NCBI GenBank assembly: GCA_049512315.1
Contig: JBEKXF010000001.1
Coordinates: 137,340-201,339 of the forward strand
DNA: 64,000 nt
From: Candidatus Aminicenantales bacterium
Lineage (GTDB): Bacteria; Acidobacteriota; Aminicenantia; Aminicenantales; Saccharicenantaceae
Direction of reading: 5' to 3'
Shown here: positions 1 through 11,052 of the stretch, piece after piece
Layout: each line of letters starts with the position of its first letter
Position numbering within the stretch: position 1 is the first letter of the stretch
Made by a program: the position numbers and the translations under genes
The notes under the pieces: generated by a model
Told to the model about the DNA's origin: nothing
The model's input: the letters and a program-made list of their open reading frames with translations, nothing else
The model's database searches: none

Positions 1-561
1 ATCCTCCTCGATGGGAAGAACATCCACGATCCGGACGTGGACGTCGTGGAACTCCGCCGCCGCGTGGGCATGGTCTTCCAGAAACCCAACCCGTTCCCCA
101 AGTCCATCTTCGACAACATCGCCTACGGCCTTCGGATCAACGGCATGAGGGAGCGACGGAAACTGGAAGAGGTCGTCGAGAAGAGCCTCCGGGGTTCGGC
201 GCTCTGGGATGAGGTGAAGGACCGGCTGAACGAGAACGCTTTCGCCCTGTCGGGCGGGCAGCAGCAGCGGCTGTGCATCGCCCGGGCCCTGGCCGTCGAG
301 CCGGAGGTCATCCTCTTTGACGAGCCATGTTCGGCCATCGACCCCATCGCCACGGCCAAGATCGAGGACTTGATTCAAACGCTCAAAAAAAGCTACACTG
401 TCGTCATCGTGACCCACAACATGCAGCAGGCGGCCCGCGTTTCGGACTTCACGGCCTTCATGATGCTCGGGGAGCTCATCGAGTTCGACGCCACGGAAAA
501 AGTGTTCACGAACCCGGCGAGCAAGTTGACCGAGGATTACATCACCGGCCGGTTTGGATAA
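1..561 (+). CDS. pstB: Phosphate ABC transporter ATP-binding protein PstB (3' part; 5' end lies upstream of the window)
   Basis: Frame 1 is open from nt 1. ABC signature LSGGQQQRL, Walker B ILFDEP and H-loop VTHN are present. The PstB-typical C-terminus is followed directly by phoU. Confidence 0.9.
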   Translation: MLLDGKNIHDPDVDVVELRRRVGMVFQKPNPFPKSIFDNIAYGLRINGMRERRKLEEVVEKSLRGSALWDEVKDRLNENAFALSGGQQQRLCIARALAVEPEVILFDEPCSAIDPIATAKIEDLIQTLKKSYTVVIVTHNMQQAARVSDFTAFMMLGELIEFDATEKVFTNPASKLTEDYITGRFG

Positions 562-591
562 CGCGGATTCCCGCGGCGCCAGGGAGGATCC

Positions 592-1299
592 ATGTCAAAA
601 ACAGAACGCCCCTTCGATGAGGAGCTCAAGGACCTCAAGGAAAAACTTTTAGAGATGGCGTCGCGGGCTGAAGAGCAGATCGGCTTGGCCGTCCGGGGGC
701 TCAAGGACCGGAAGGAGGAAATGGCCTGCGAGGTTCTGGATAAAGAACAGGACGTCAACCGCCTCGACATCGAGATCGACGAGATGGCCATGCGGCTCCT
801 GGCCCTCCGGCAGCCCATGGCGACGGACCTCCGGTTCATCACCTCGGCGATGAAGATCGGGAGCGATCTCGAGCGGATCGGCGACCTGGCCGTCAACATC
901 GCCGAACGAACTCTCGACCTCCTCAAGGTTCCCCCGCTCAAACCGCTCATCGACATCCCCCGGATGGCCTCTCTGGCCCAGGGAATGGTCCGGGACGTCC
1001 TCAACGCCTTTGTCAACGGCGACGCCGACCTGGCGAAAAACGTCTGCCAGCGGGACGACCAGGTGGACCAGCTCAACGGCCAGATTTTTCGGGAGCTCCT
1101 GACGTTCATGATGGCCGACCAGACGACCATCCCCCGGGCGGTGGACCTGATCCTTGTCGGCCGTCACCTCGAGAGGATCGCCGACCATGCCACGAACATC
1201 GGCGAGGACGTGATCTACATGGTCAAAGGGAAGACCATCAAGCACCACATCGAGGAAGGCCGGTTCACGGGACTCAAGGGCTGCCCTGGGAAAGAATAG
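592..1299 (+). CDS. phoU: Phosphate transport system regulator PhoU
   Basis: 235 aa, helical two-repeat PhoU pattern (DxxxDxLE...ERIGD repeats). GGGAGG RBS lies 6 nt upstream. Sits immediately downstream of pstB. Confidence 0.9.
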   Translation: MSKTERPFDEELKDLKEKLLEMASRAEEQIGLAVRGLKDRKEEMACEVLDKEQDVNRLDIEIDEMAMRLLALRQPMATDLRFITSAMKIGSDLERIGDLAVNIAERTLDLLKVPPLKPLIDIPRMASLAQGMVRDVLNAFVNGDADLAKNVCQRDDQVDQLNGQIFRELLTFMMADQTTIPRAVDLILVGRHLERIADHATNIGEDVIYMVKGKTIKHHIEEGRFTGLKGCPGKE

Positions 1300-1322
1300 C
1301 CGGCCGAGCCGCGACCGGACCC

Positions 1323-2060
1323 TCAGCTCATCTTCCGGACCCGGACTTCGATCTCCTTTTCCGCTTGCAGGAGCCTCACGAGCTTGGATGTGTCCGTTTC
1401 CCCGAAATGGTAGGGGTAGAGGATCCTGGGCTTGAAGGTTTTTGCCGCATCGGCGACCATCTCGGGGGTCATGGTGTAGGGCAGGTTCATGGGGAGGAAG
1501 GCGACGTCGATATTCTTCAGGGTCTTCATTTCCGGTGTGTTCTCCGTGTCCCCGGCGATGTAGACGCGCTTGTCGCCGAAGGTGACGATATACCCGTTTC
1601 CGGCGCCCTTCGGATGGAACGGATTCCCGTCCGGACGTTTGTTGACGATGTTGTAGGCCGGGACGGCATCAATGGCCAGCCCGAGGACCGTCCGGGAATC
1701 CCCGTTGTTCATGATGATGGCGTCCTTGACCTTCCCGGCACAGACCCTGGAAACGACCACGGTCGTCCCCGGCTTGAGAATGGCCTGGAGCGCCTTCGGG
1801 TCCAGATGGTCGTAATGATCATGGGTGATGAGGACGAGGTCGGCCTTGGGCAGCTGGCTGTAGTCCGCCACCTGACCGAAGGGGTCGACCTGGATGACTT
1901 TTCCGCCGAAGCCCATCATCAGCGAACCGTGACCGAGAAAGGTCAGGACCAAATTTCCCTTCGATGTGTGGATCGTGTCTTCTTCGAATTTTCCCATGGC
2001 CGCGGCAAGGCCCGCGAGACCCAGGCCCAGGACAAGAACAACTAGGACAAATTTGTTCAT
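1323..2060 (-). CDS. Secreted MBL-fold metallo-hydrolase
   Basis: N-terminal signal peptide MNKFVLVVLVLGLGLAGLAAA. HxHxDH motif (ITHDHYDH) of the metallo-beta-lactamase fold. GGAGGG RBS upstream on the minus strand. Confidence 0.8.
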   Translation of the reverse strand: MNKFVLVVLVLGLGLAGLAAAMGKFEEDTIHTSKGNLVLTFLGHGSLMMGFGGKVIQVDPFGQVADYSQLPKADLVLITHDHYDHLDPKALQAILKPGTTVVVSRVCAGKVKDAIIMNNGDSRTVLGLAIDAVPAYNIVNKRPDGNPFHPKGAGNGYIVTFGDKRVYIAGDTENTPEMKTLKNIDVAFLPMNLPYTMTPEMVADAAKTFKPRILYPYHFGETDTSKLVRLLQAEKEIEVRVRKMS

Positions 2061-2187
2061 GATTTAAACCCTCCGATTGAGATCTCTATTATATTCTTCT
2101 GCGGAAGCGCGGGCAACCGGACCCGGCATCCGGCTCGAAAAATTCTCTAGGCCGCCGGGGGCGATTTCTTTTATAATATGTCCGGCC

Positions 2188-2889
2188 ATGATGGCCGAAA
2201 CGGGCCAGAAGATGTCGCCACTGATCGCCGCTCTGGATGATGAATCCGACATCCTCGAGCTGCTCAGGGTCAACCTCAGGAAAGCCGGATTCCGGTTCGA
2301 GGGCTTCCAGGAAGCCGAGGGACTCTACCGCTTCCTCCAGAGGGAGGCGCCGGACCTCATCCTCCTCGACCTCATGCTGCCCGACATGGACGGACTTGAC
2401 GTCTGCCGGCACCTGCGGCAAAGCGAAGGCCTGGCCCGCATCCCGGTGATCATGCTGACGGCTAAGGATCAGGAGACGGACAAGATCGTCGGGCTCGAGT
2501 TGGGAGCCGACGATTATGTCACCAAGCCGTTTTCCGTCAAGGAGCTCATCGCCCGCATCCACTCCGTCCTGAGGCGCGGCGATCAGACTCCTGACGGTCG
2601 TCCAGTTGTCCTGGGGGCGCTCACCATCGACCCCGGCAGGCACAAGGTGACGGTGGCCGGCACTGCCATTGATCTGACGGCCACGGAGTTCAATATCCTG
2701 CTCATCCTGGCGTCCCGCCGCGGCCGCGTCTTCACCAGGGATCAGATCCTGGACCACCTTTGGGGCCATGAAAAGGCGGTCGTAGACCGAACCATCGATG
2801 TCCATATCCGGAATCTCCGTGAGAAGCTGGGGACCGCGGCGTCGCTCATCAAGAATATCCGTGGCGTAGGGTACAAGATCGAAGAATGA
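2188..2889 (+). CDS. phoB: OmpR/PhoB-family response regulator (PhoB-like by context)
   Basis: Receiver domain (DD...LLDLMLPDMDG...KP) plus winged-helix output domain (RGVGYKI). A TATAAT box at 2172-2177 lies just upstream. In-frame alternative starts exist at 2191 and 2212, so the start is uncertain. The phoB symbol is assigned from context next to pstB-phoU only. Confidence 0.8.
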   Translation: MMAETGQKMSPLIAALDDESDILELLRVNLRKAGFRFEGFQEAEGLYRFLQREAPDLILLDLMLPDMDGLDVCRHLRQSEGLARIPVIMLTAKDQETDKIVGLELGADDYVTKPFSVKELIARIHSVLRRGDQTPDGRPVVLGALTIDPGRHKVTVAGTAIDLTATEFNILLILASRRGRVFTRDQILDHLWGHEKAVVDRTIDVHIRNLREKLGTAASLIKNIRGVGYKIEE

Positions 2890-4616
2890 AACCATCGCTT
2901 TTTCTGAGGGTCTTCCTTGGCTATGCGGTCGTCATCGTCTTCTTGGCGGGCGGCATCGCCCTCTTCGCCCCGGGCTTGATGCGGAAGCACCACATCCAGG
3001 AGCAGGCCGCGACCCTCGAACATCTCGGCGTCCTCCTCGAAGAGCCCGTCCTGCCCTATCTTCTCGGAGAAGGGAAGGGGAACCTCGAAGATTATGTCAC
3101 GTCCATCGGCAAGAAGACGGCGACCCGGATTACCGTCATCAGCCGTGACGGCCAGGTCCTGGCCGACTCCGAGAAAGAGCCGAAGGACATGGAAAACCAT
3201 TTCTACCGGCCGGAGATCTTCGAGGCCCTCCAGGGGCGGAAGCAGATGTCGGTCCGCCGCAGCTCGACGCTCAACCAGGACATGATGTACATGAGCTTGC
3301 CCCTTGTCTCGGGAGGAAAGGTCGTGGGGGCCATCCGCCTGAGTCTGTTCATGGCGGAGCTTGACCTGCTTTTCGACCGGCTCCGGGCCGACCTCCTCAA
3401 AACGCTTGGCCTCGTGACCGTCCTGGCCCTCGCGGCGGCCTTCTTCTTCACCCGAAGCATTGCCCGGCCGGTCAGGGAATTTGTCGATGCTTCGGCCAGG
3501 GTCGCGGCGGGCGATTTCGACGCCAAGGTATCCGCGAGGCAGCGGGGGAGTGAGTTCAGGACCTTCGCCCGGAGTTTCAACACGATGACGTCGGAGCTGA
3601 AGAATCTTTTCCTGGAAACCCGGCTCAAGACCGAGGAGCTCGACAGCATCCTGGCGTCCATCAAGGAAGGGCTCTGCGTTCTCGACGATGAAGCCCGGAT
3701 CGTCCTCAGCAACGCGAGCTTCCGGCGGATCGTCCAGAACGACCGGCCGGAGGGCAAGCCTTACTGGGAGGTCGTCCGGAGCTCGAAATTCGCCGAAATC
3801 ATCAAGAAAGCGGGCGCGTCCCGGAGCGGGGTCGAGGAGGAGCTATCCTTGACCGACAGGGTCTACTCCTGCAACGTCTCTTACCTGCCGACCCGCGAGC
3901 GGTACGTGGTGATGCTCCATGACGTGACCGAGTTCAAGAATCTCGAGAAGGTCAAGAAGGACTTTGTCGTCAATGTCTCCCATGAGCTCAAGACGCCCCT
4001 GACTGCGATCAAGGGCTTTGTCGAGACGATGGAACCCACGGCCGGGCCGGAAAACCACTCCTACCTGGAGATCATCAAGAGAAACACGGAACGCATGATC
4101 GCGATCGTCGGCGACCTCCTGGCCCTCTCGGAGCTCGAGGAAAAGGGGACGAAGCTAGTGAAGGAAAGGGTCGACGTGCGCGCCGTGGCCGAGAACGTCG
4201 TCATGATCTTCGAAAAGCCGGCCGGCGAAAAAGGATTGAGCCTGGTTCTGGAAGCGGCTCAGAGTCTGCCCGCCGTCATGGCCGATCCGTACGAGATCGA
4301 ACGGCTGCTCATTAACCTCGTTGACAACGCCGTCAAGTACACGGAAAAAGGGCGGGTGACGCTCCGGCTTGCGGCCGCCGGAGACAGGTTCACGGTCGAG
4401 GTCGCGGACACGGGCATCGGGATCGACACGGAAGACCTGCCCCATGTTTTCGAGAGGTTCTACGTCGTCGACAAATCGCGGTCCAAGAAGCTTGGGGGGA
4501 CGGGGCTCGGCCTGTCCATCGCCAAGCATATCGTCATGGCTCACCAGGGGACGATCGCGGCCAAAAGCCGCCTCGGCGAAGGGACGACGTTCACCGTCTG
4601 GCTTCCTCTCTCCTGA
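2886..4616 (+). CDS. phoR: Sensor histidine kinase (PhoR-like: TM, HAMP, PAS, HisKA, HATPase)
   Basis: ATGA overlap with the response-regulator stop. N-terminal TM segment and H-box NVSHELKTPLTAIKGF. N, G1 and G2 boxes present (DNAVKYT, DTGIGI, GGTGLGLSI). The phoR symbol is by context only. Confidence 0.8.
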   Translation: MKPSLFLRVFLGYAVVIVFLAGGIALFAPGLMRKHHIQEQAATLEHLGVLLEEPVLPYLLGEGKGNLEDYVTSIGKKTATRITVISRDGQVLADSEKEPKDMENHFYRPEIFEALQGRKQMSVRRSSTLNQDMMYMSLPLVSGGKVVGAIRLSLFMAELDLLFDRLRADLLKTLGLVTVLALAAAFFFTRSIARPVREFVDASARVAAGDFDAKVSARQRGSEFRTFARSFNTMTSELKNLFLETRLKTEELDSILASIKEGLCVLDDEARIVLSNASFRRIVQNDRPEGKPYWEVVRSSKFAEIIKKAGASRSGVEEELSLTDRVYSCNVSYLPTRERYVVMLHDVTEFKNLEKVKKDFVVNVSHELKTPLTAIKGFVETMEPTAGPENHSYLEIIKRNTERMIAIVGDLLALSELEEKGTKLVKERVDVRAVAENVVMIFEKPAGEKGLSLVLEAAQSLPAVMADPYEIERLLINLVDNAVKYTEKGRVTLRLAAAGDRFTVEVADTGIGIDTEDLPHVFERFYVVDKSRSKKLGGTGLGLSIAKHIVMAHQGTIAAKSRLGEGTTFTVWLPLS

Positions 4617-4638
4617 TCCCAGTGTGGGCCGCGGCTTT

Positions 4639-4666
4639 TTGACAGCCGGAACAGCTCTGGTATAAT
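4639..4666 (+). promoter_or_regulatory. Sigma70-type promoter TTGACA-N16-TATAAT upstream of the DsrM-like gene
   Basis: Exact consensus -35 (4639-4644) and -10 (4661-4666) hexamers with a 16-nt spacer, about 70 nt upstream of the ATG at 4738. Confidence 0.5.
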
Positions 4667-4737
4667 AAATATTTTCAGGCCGCCCGAATTTTTGGATTCC
4701 GGCAAGCCCGTAATCATCAGGAATTGAAAGACCTCCC

Positions 4738-5442
4738 ATGAGTAAGCTCCTGAGCGCCCTCGAGAATGAGGTGCAAATCGGCGCTCTTCTGTTCATGACC
4801 GTCGTCTACACGCTCCGCCTGATCTGGATTTTTAGGTTCAAATCCGGCCGGGAGCGGACCACCGCGGCGGGAAGCGAGGCGGCCGGGATCAGTTATTCTC
4901 TAATGAACGTCGCCATGCCGTGGGCCATGGAGTCGACACGGAAGAGGCCTTGGTTTTACGCCCAATTCGTGATCTTCCACCTCGGAGTCGTGGCCGCCAT
5001 CACCGCCACGTTCATCATTCCCTATGCCCCGGCCCTATTTAAGGTCAAGGCCGTTGTCCGGCTGTTCCAGGTCATCATCGGCGCCGCCTGCCTCGTTGGC
5101 CTCCTCCGCTTCATCCGGCGGCTGAGGAACCCGACTCTCCGGCTCATCAGCACGGCCGATGATTATCTCTCGCTGGCTTTGATGATCCTGTTCTTCGCCG
5201 CCGGCGTTCTGGCCGTCCCGAACGAATACCGGAAAGCGGAGTGGCCCATTGCCATTTTCTTCGGCCTCACCGCATTTTTCCTCATCTACGTTCCTTTCTC
5301 CAAGATCTGCCACTATCTCTATTATCCCTTCAGCCGCTATTTCTTGGGGCGGACCCTGGGTCATCGGGGGGCGATGCCTCCCGGGATGAAAGGTAAGCGC
5401 ACTTGCCTTCCCTCCAGCCCCGACGGAGGGGGATCGCGATGA
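4738..5442 (+). CDS. NarI/DsrM/HdrE-family membrane b-type cytochrome subunit (DsrM-like)
   Basis: Five predicted TM helices, His in TM2 (VIFHLGV), and a C-terminal PFSR motif shared with nitrate reductase gamma / DsrM proteins. Confidence 0.7.
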   Translation: MSKLLSALENEVQIGALLFMTVVYTLRLIWIFRFKSGRERTTAAGSEAAGISYSLMNVAMPWAMESTRKRPWFYAQFVIFHLGVVAAITATFIIPYAPALFKVKAVVRLFQVIIGAACLVGLLRFIRRLRNPTLRLISTADDYLSLALMILFFAAGVLAVPNEYRKAEWPIAIFFGLTAFFLIYVPFSKICHYLYYPFSRYFLGRTLGHRGAMPPGMKGKRTCLPSSPDGGGSR

Positions 5443-6857
5443 AACGAAGGAAAGCTGCAGTCTCGGGGATCGCGGACGCCCCACTGGATACTAGATCCCA
5501 GGAAAGGGCCCGCCTGGACAGGATCCCTTCGCTCGCCCCCGACCGTCTCCAAACGTACGATGCAAGCGCCGACAACGTCGGGAGGTTTCTCCGCTTGCTG
5601 GGCGAACGGATCACCCGGCCCCTGGCCGTGTCCCTGACCGCCTGTGTCCATTGCGGGCTGTGTGCCGACTCGTGCCACTATTTCCTGGCCAGGCCAGACG
5701 ATCCGACCATGACTCCTGTCTACAAGGCCGACCAGATCCGTCGCATCTTCAAAAGACATCTGGACTGGACGGGCCGGGTCGTCCCCTGGTGGGTCCACGC
5801 GGGCTCGCCTCGAAATGACGAAGATCTCAACCGTCTGAAGAATATCGTGTTCGGTACCTGCAGCGCCTGCCGCCGTTGCACACTCAACTGTCCCATGGGA
5901 GTGGATACGGGGCTCCTTGTCCGGTTCACGCGGGGACTCTTGACCGAGGTGGGGATCGTCCCGGAAGGCGTTTTCAACGTCAGCCGGGACCAATGGGAGA
6001 CGGGAAACCAGATGGCGGTCACGGAGGAAGAATATCTGGAGACCCTTCAGTGGATGGAGGACGAGCTCCGGACCGAGTTCGGGACGCCGGAGGTGGACAT
6101 CCCCGTCGACCGCCCGGACTGCGATGTCCTTTACACGATCAATCCCCGGGAGGTCAAGTTCGACCCGCGGTCCATCGCCAATGCGGCCAGGGTTTTCTTT
6201 GTCGCCGGGGAGAAATGGACCCTGCCGAAATGGGGCTGGGACCAGACGAACTTCGGCCTCTTTTCCGGGGACGACAAGCTCGGGGCCTATGTGGCCCGAA
6301 ATGTCTACGAAGCCGCGGAACGGCTCCGCGCCAAGAGAATCGTCATTTCCGAGTGCGGGCACGGCTACCGGTCTACCCGATGGGAGGGTTATAACTGGGC
6401 TGGATACGACCAGAAGGTCCCGACCGAATCGGTGGTCGTGACCCTCCAGCGATATCTCCGGGAAGGCCGCATCCGGGTCGATCCCGCCAGAAATCCCGAT
6501 CCCGTGACCTTTCATGATTCCTGCAACATCGCCCGCTCGGGAGATCTCGTCGAAGAGCCCCGATGGGTCCTCCGACGGGTTGTCACGGATTTCCGCGAGA
6601 TGCATCCCAATCGCCGGGAGAATTTATGCTGCACGGGCGGGGGAGGCCTTCTCTCCATGGCGGAATACAGGCCCCTCCGGCTTGAGGTCGCCAAGATCAA
6701 GGCCGAGCAGCTCAAGGCCACGGGAGCCAAGCTCGTCTGCACGATGTGTCACAACTGCATCGACGGGCTGACGGATGTCATCAAGCATTACAAGCTGGAG
6801 ATGAAAGTCGTCCAGGTCTTGGACCTGGTCTCGAACGCCCTCGTGATCCCGGAGTAG
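5439..6857 (+). CDS. Iron-sulfur CCG-domain protein of the DsrK/HdrD type
   Basis: Start overlaps the upstream stop (ATGA) and a GGAGGGGGA RBS precedes it. Two ferredoxin motifs (CVHCGLCADSC, CSACRRCTLNC) followed by Cys-rich CCG-type motifs (NLCCTGGGG). Confidence 0.75.
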   Translation: MKRRKAAVSGIADAPLDTRSQERARLDRIPSLAPDRLQTYDASADNVGRFLRLLGERITRPLAVSLTACVHCGLCADSCHYFLARPDDPTMTPVYKADQIRRIFKRHLDWTGRVVPWWVHAGSPRNDEDLNRLKNIVFGTCSACRRCTLNCPMGVDTGLLVRFTRGLLTEVGIVPEGVFNVSRDQWETGNQMAVTEEEYLETLQWMEDELRTEFGTPEVDIPVDRPDCDVLYTINPREVKFDPRSIANAARVFFVAGEKWTLPKWGWDQTNFGLFSGDDKLGAYVARNVYEAAERLRAKRIVISECGHGYRSTRWEGYNWAGYDQKVPTESVVVTLQRYLREGRIRVDPARNPDPVTFHDSCNIARSGDLVEEPRWVLRRVVTDFREMHPNRRENLCCTGGGGLLSMAEYRPLRLEVAKIKAEQLKATGAKLVCTMCHNCIDGLTDVIKHYKLEMKVVQVLDLVSNALVIPE

Positions 6858-6902
6858 AAATCGGGGCAACGGACGACGAGAAAATATTCGGAGGAGAGCG
6901 AT

Positions 6903-7223
6903 ATGCCGTTTATCGAAAAGGATGGCAAGAAGATCGAAGTCAACGAAGAAGGATTCCTGGCCCGCCCCGGCGAATGGGATGAGCAGGCGGCCGGCATCCT
7001 GGCGAAAATCGAGGAGGGCCTCGACGAAATGACTGCCGAACATTGGGCCGTCGTGAATTATATCCGGGGCTACTACCTTGAAAAAGGGCTGGCTCCCATG
7101 GTCCGCAAGATCTGCCAGACCACGGGCTTTCCGCTCAAGCACATCTATGAGCTGTTTCCGTCGGGGCCGGCCAAGGGGGCCTGCAAGGTGGCCGGGCTTC
7201 CTAAGCCCGACGGCTGCGTCTGA
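6903..7223 (+). CDS. dsrC: DsrC-family protein with both C-terminal cysteines (true DsrC type, not TusE)
   Basis: The C-terminus ACKVAGLPKPDGCV matches the DsrC swinging arm (CysA penultimate and CysB 10 residues upstream). GGAGGAG RBS upstream. Confidence 0.8.
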   Translation: MPFIEKDGKKIEVNEEGFLARPGEWDEQAAGILAKIEEGLDEMTAEHWAVVNYIRGYYLEKGLAPMVRKICQTTGFPLKHIYELFPSGPAKGACKVAGLPKPDGCV

Positions 7224-7232
7224 CGTTCAGGA

Positions 7233-8399
7233 TTATCCCTTTTTCTTTTTCAGCCCGGCGATTTCGCCGACGGCCCGGACGGCGGCCGCGATGTGCTCCT
7301 CGGTGTTGAAGGGGCCGATGCCGAACCTCACGGCGCCGTGGATCCCGGCGATGCCCAGCTGCTCGTGGACCAGGGGGGCGCAATGGAGCCCCGTCCGGGC
7401 GGCGATGTTGTAGTCGACGTCGAGCATCGTGCCCACGTCGGCGGCGACCATGCCGTCGACGTTGAAGGCCAGGACGCTGATGTGATCGGCGAGGTCTTCC
7501 AGGCAGTAGAGCGTCACCCCAGGGATCTCCCGCAGCCCGTCGCGGAGCTTGCGCGCAAGCCCCATTTCATGCTCTTGGAGGGTTTTCAGGCCCTTGGCCA
7601 GGATCCACTTCAAACCCGCGTTCAATCCGGCGATTCCCATAATATTCGGAGTCCCGTATTCGAGCCGGTACGGATATTCCTCGAGATGGGTCCGGACCGC
7701 GGACCGGACGCCCGTCCCGCCGGCCCTCGTGTGCCGGACCTCGATCCCCTCCCGGACGTAGAGACCGCCGATGCCGGTGGGGCCGAGAAGCGACTTGTGG
7801 CCGGTGAAAGCGACGACGTCCAGGAACTGGTCTTCCATGTCGATCGGGACCTTGCCCGCGGACTGCGACGCGTCAATGGCGAAGGGGATCCCGGCTTCCC
7901 GGCAGAGCCTTCCGATCTCACGGATCGGCTGGACGGTCCCGATGACATTCGAGGCATGGTTGACGATGACCAGGCGGGTCGTCGTCCGGAACCTTTTCCG
8001 GATCTCCGCGGGGTCGACGAAGCCCGCGCCGTCAAACGGAACGTGGTCGACCGCGACTCCCGCGAGTGACTGGTGATAGAGGGGACGGAGAACGGAATTG
8101 TGCTCGATCATCGTCGTGATGGCGTGTTCGCCGGGCTTGAGCATTCCGAAGATGATGAGGTTGAGGGCGTCCGTGGAGTTGTAGGAGAAGCAGAGCCGGT
8201 TGGGGTCCGTGCCGTTGAAGAACTGCGTCATCATCTTCCGCGTCGCCTCGACGACTTCGCCGGCCTCCAAACAGAGGTCATATCCGGATCGCCCCGGGTT
8301 GACTCCGAAATTCCTGTAGAAGTGGTCCATGAAGGTGTAGACCTCTTCGGGTTTCGGGAAGGACGTCGCCCCGTTATCCAGGAAGATCAGCTTGCTCAT
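7233..8399 (-). CDS. Class V aminotransferase-fold cysteine desulfurase (SufS/CsdA-like)
   Basis: PLP-lysine motif HKSLLGPTGIGGLYV and active-site Cys loop RTGLHCAP. Start chosen at MSKLIFLDNG with a GGAGG RBS 5 nt upstream. The longer ORF-track start lacks an RBS. Confidence 0.8.
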   Translation of the reverse strand: MSKLIFLDNGATSFPKPEEVYTFMDHFYRNFGVNPGRSGYDLCLEAGEVVEATRKMMTQFFNGTDPNRLCFSYNSTDALNLIIFGMLKPGEHAITTMIEHNSVLRPLYHQSLAGVAVDHVPFDGAGFVDPAEIRKRFRTTTRLVIVNHASNVIGTVQPIREIGRLCREAGIPFAIDASQSAGKVPIDMEDQFLDVVAFTGHKSLLGPTGIGGLYVREGIEVRHTRAGGTGVRSAVRTHLEEYPYRLEYGTPNIMGIAGLNAGLKWILAKGLKTLQEHEMGLARKLRDGLREIPGVTLYCLEDLADHISVLAFNVDGMVAADVGTMLDVDYNIAARTGLHCAPLVHEQLGIAGIHGAVRFGIGPFNTEEHIAAAVRAVGEIAGLKKKKG

Positions 8400-8590
8400 G
8401 AAAACCTCCAGCGTCGAAACGGCTTTGTTTCTGCAGCAGCGAGGTCTTATACTAATCAAAGGAATTGTGAAAATCAAATTCCGGGCGCGAAGGGACGCGA
8501 GTGACGGTTCCATGGAAACCTCAAGGAAATGGGCTACAATGGAGGCTCGGGAAGGGCAGGAATTTCGCGACAGGACCTGAGAAAAGACCG

Positions 8591-9088
8591 ATGATCTTCT
8601 TTCTTGGATTGGGGAGCAACCTCGGCCGACGGAGACGGAACCTGGCCTTGGCCCGGCTATCGCTCGAGAAAGCCGGCGTCGCGGTCCTCAGAGCGTCGTC
8701 GATCTACATGACCGAGCCTGTCGGCGTCCCGGACCAACCCTGGTTTCTCAATCAGGTCCTCAAGGTCAGGTCAAACCTCAGTCCGCGGGAGCTCCTGGAG
8801 ATGGCCAAGTCCATCGAAAAAAAGATGAGGCGGATCCCGACGGTCGACAAGGGCCCGCGGACGATCGATATCGACATCCTCCTGGCCGAAGATACGGTCA
8901 TTGACACGCCCGGGCTGACCATCCCGCATCCTCGTCTCACCTGGCGCAATTTCGTGCTGGTCCCCTTGAAGGAAATCGCCCCCCGGGCCGTTCATCCGGT
9001 CCTGAAGAAAACGTTCAGCAAGCTCGCGGGTGAGTCGCGGGACGCTTCAGCCGTCTTCAAAGATGAACTTCGGCCCTTCCGAAAATGA
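8591..9088 (+). CDS. folK: 6-hydroxymethyl-7,8-dihydropterin pyrophosphokinase (HPPK)
   Basis: MIFFLGLGSNLG start and HPPK motifs (TIDIDIL, PHPR...RxFVL). Start placed at the conserved N-terminus rather than the ORF-track start. Confidence 0.85.
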   Translation: MIFFLGLGSNLGRRRRNLALARLSLEKAGVAVLRASSIYMTEPVGVPDQPWFLNQVLKVRSNLSPRELLEMAKSIEKKMRRIPTVDKGPRTIDIDILLAEDTVIDTPGLTIPHPRLTWRNFVLVPLKEIAPRAVHPVLKKTFSKLAGESRDASAVFKDELRPFRK

Positions 9089-9114
9089 CGGCCTGCGGCC
9101 CGGCCCCCTGGGCC

Positions 9115-9483
9115 TCAGAAAGCATCCACGTAATGGTCGATGGTAAACCCGGCGTCATCCGTCGGCCTGATGGCGATGACATCGAACCGGCAGGCCACGT
9201 CCCCGAGCCGGCGCTTGAAGAGATAGCCCTGGGCCACTTTCCTGATCTGCCGCTGTTTCCCCGGGGTCACCGCTTCCTCCGGACGGCCATAGGCCCCGCT
9301 CGTCCGCATCTTGACCTCGATGAAAACGAGGCTTTTCCGGTCGCGGGCGATGATGTCGATCTCGCCGCGGGCGAAGCGGAACCCGGTTTCGACGATCTCG
9401 TACTTTTTGCGGCGAAGGTATCTTAAGGCGAGTTCTTCTCCGAATCGGCCGACAGTCTGGGTGCTGTTCTGAATACCCCTCAC
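9115..9483 (-). CDS. YraN/UPF0102 family endonuclease-like protein
   Basis: 122 aa with GEELALRYL...GEIDIIARD...VFIEVK, typical of the YraN family. Confidence 0.7.
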   Translation of the reverse strand: MRGIQNSTQTVGRFGEELALRYLRRKKYEIVETGFRFARGEIDIIARDRKSLVFIEVKMRTSGAYGRPEEAVTPGKQRQIRKVAQGYLFKRRLGDVACRFDVIAIRPTDDAGFTIDHYVDAF

Positions 9484-9540
9484 TGGGCTCTCGATTCCGC
9501 CGGGATCATGCAGCCCCTCCGGATTCGCCGGGACTGCCGC

Positions 9541-11016
<1,476 letters not shown>

Positions 11017-11023
11017 CAGGGTC

Positions 11024-11052
11024 ATTATGAAAATTCCCAGGCCTCGAGTCAA
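11024..11052 (-). promoter_or_regulatory. Promoter TTGACT-N17-CATAAT placed for a leaderless or very short-leader cysS mRNA
   Basis: On the minus strand, -35 TTGACT is at 11052-11047 and -10 CATAAT at 11029-11024. The predicted TSS falls about 7 nt downstream, on or next to the cysS ATG at 11016. Confidence 0.4.

Noticed and set aside
5361-6605. 414-aa minus-strand ORF opposite the DsrK-like gene
   Set aside because: Shadow ORF with no motifs. The plus-strand gene has clear Fe-S and CCG motifs.
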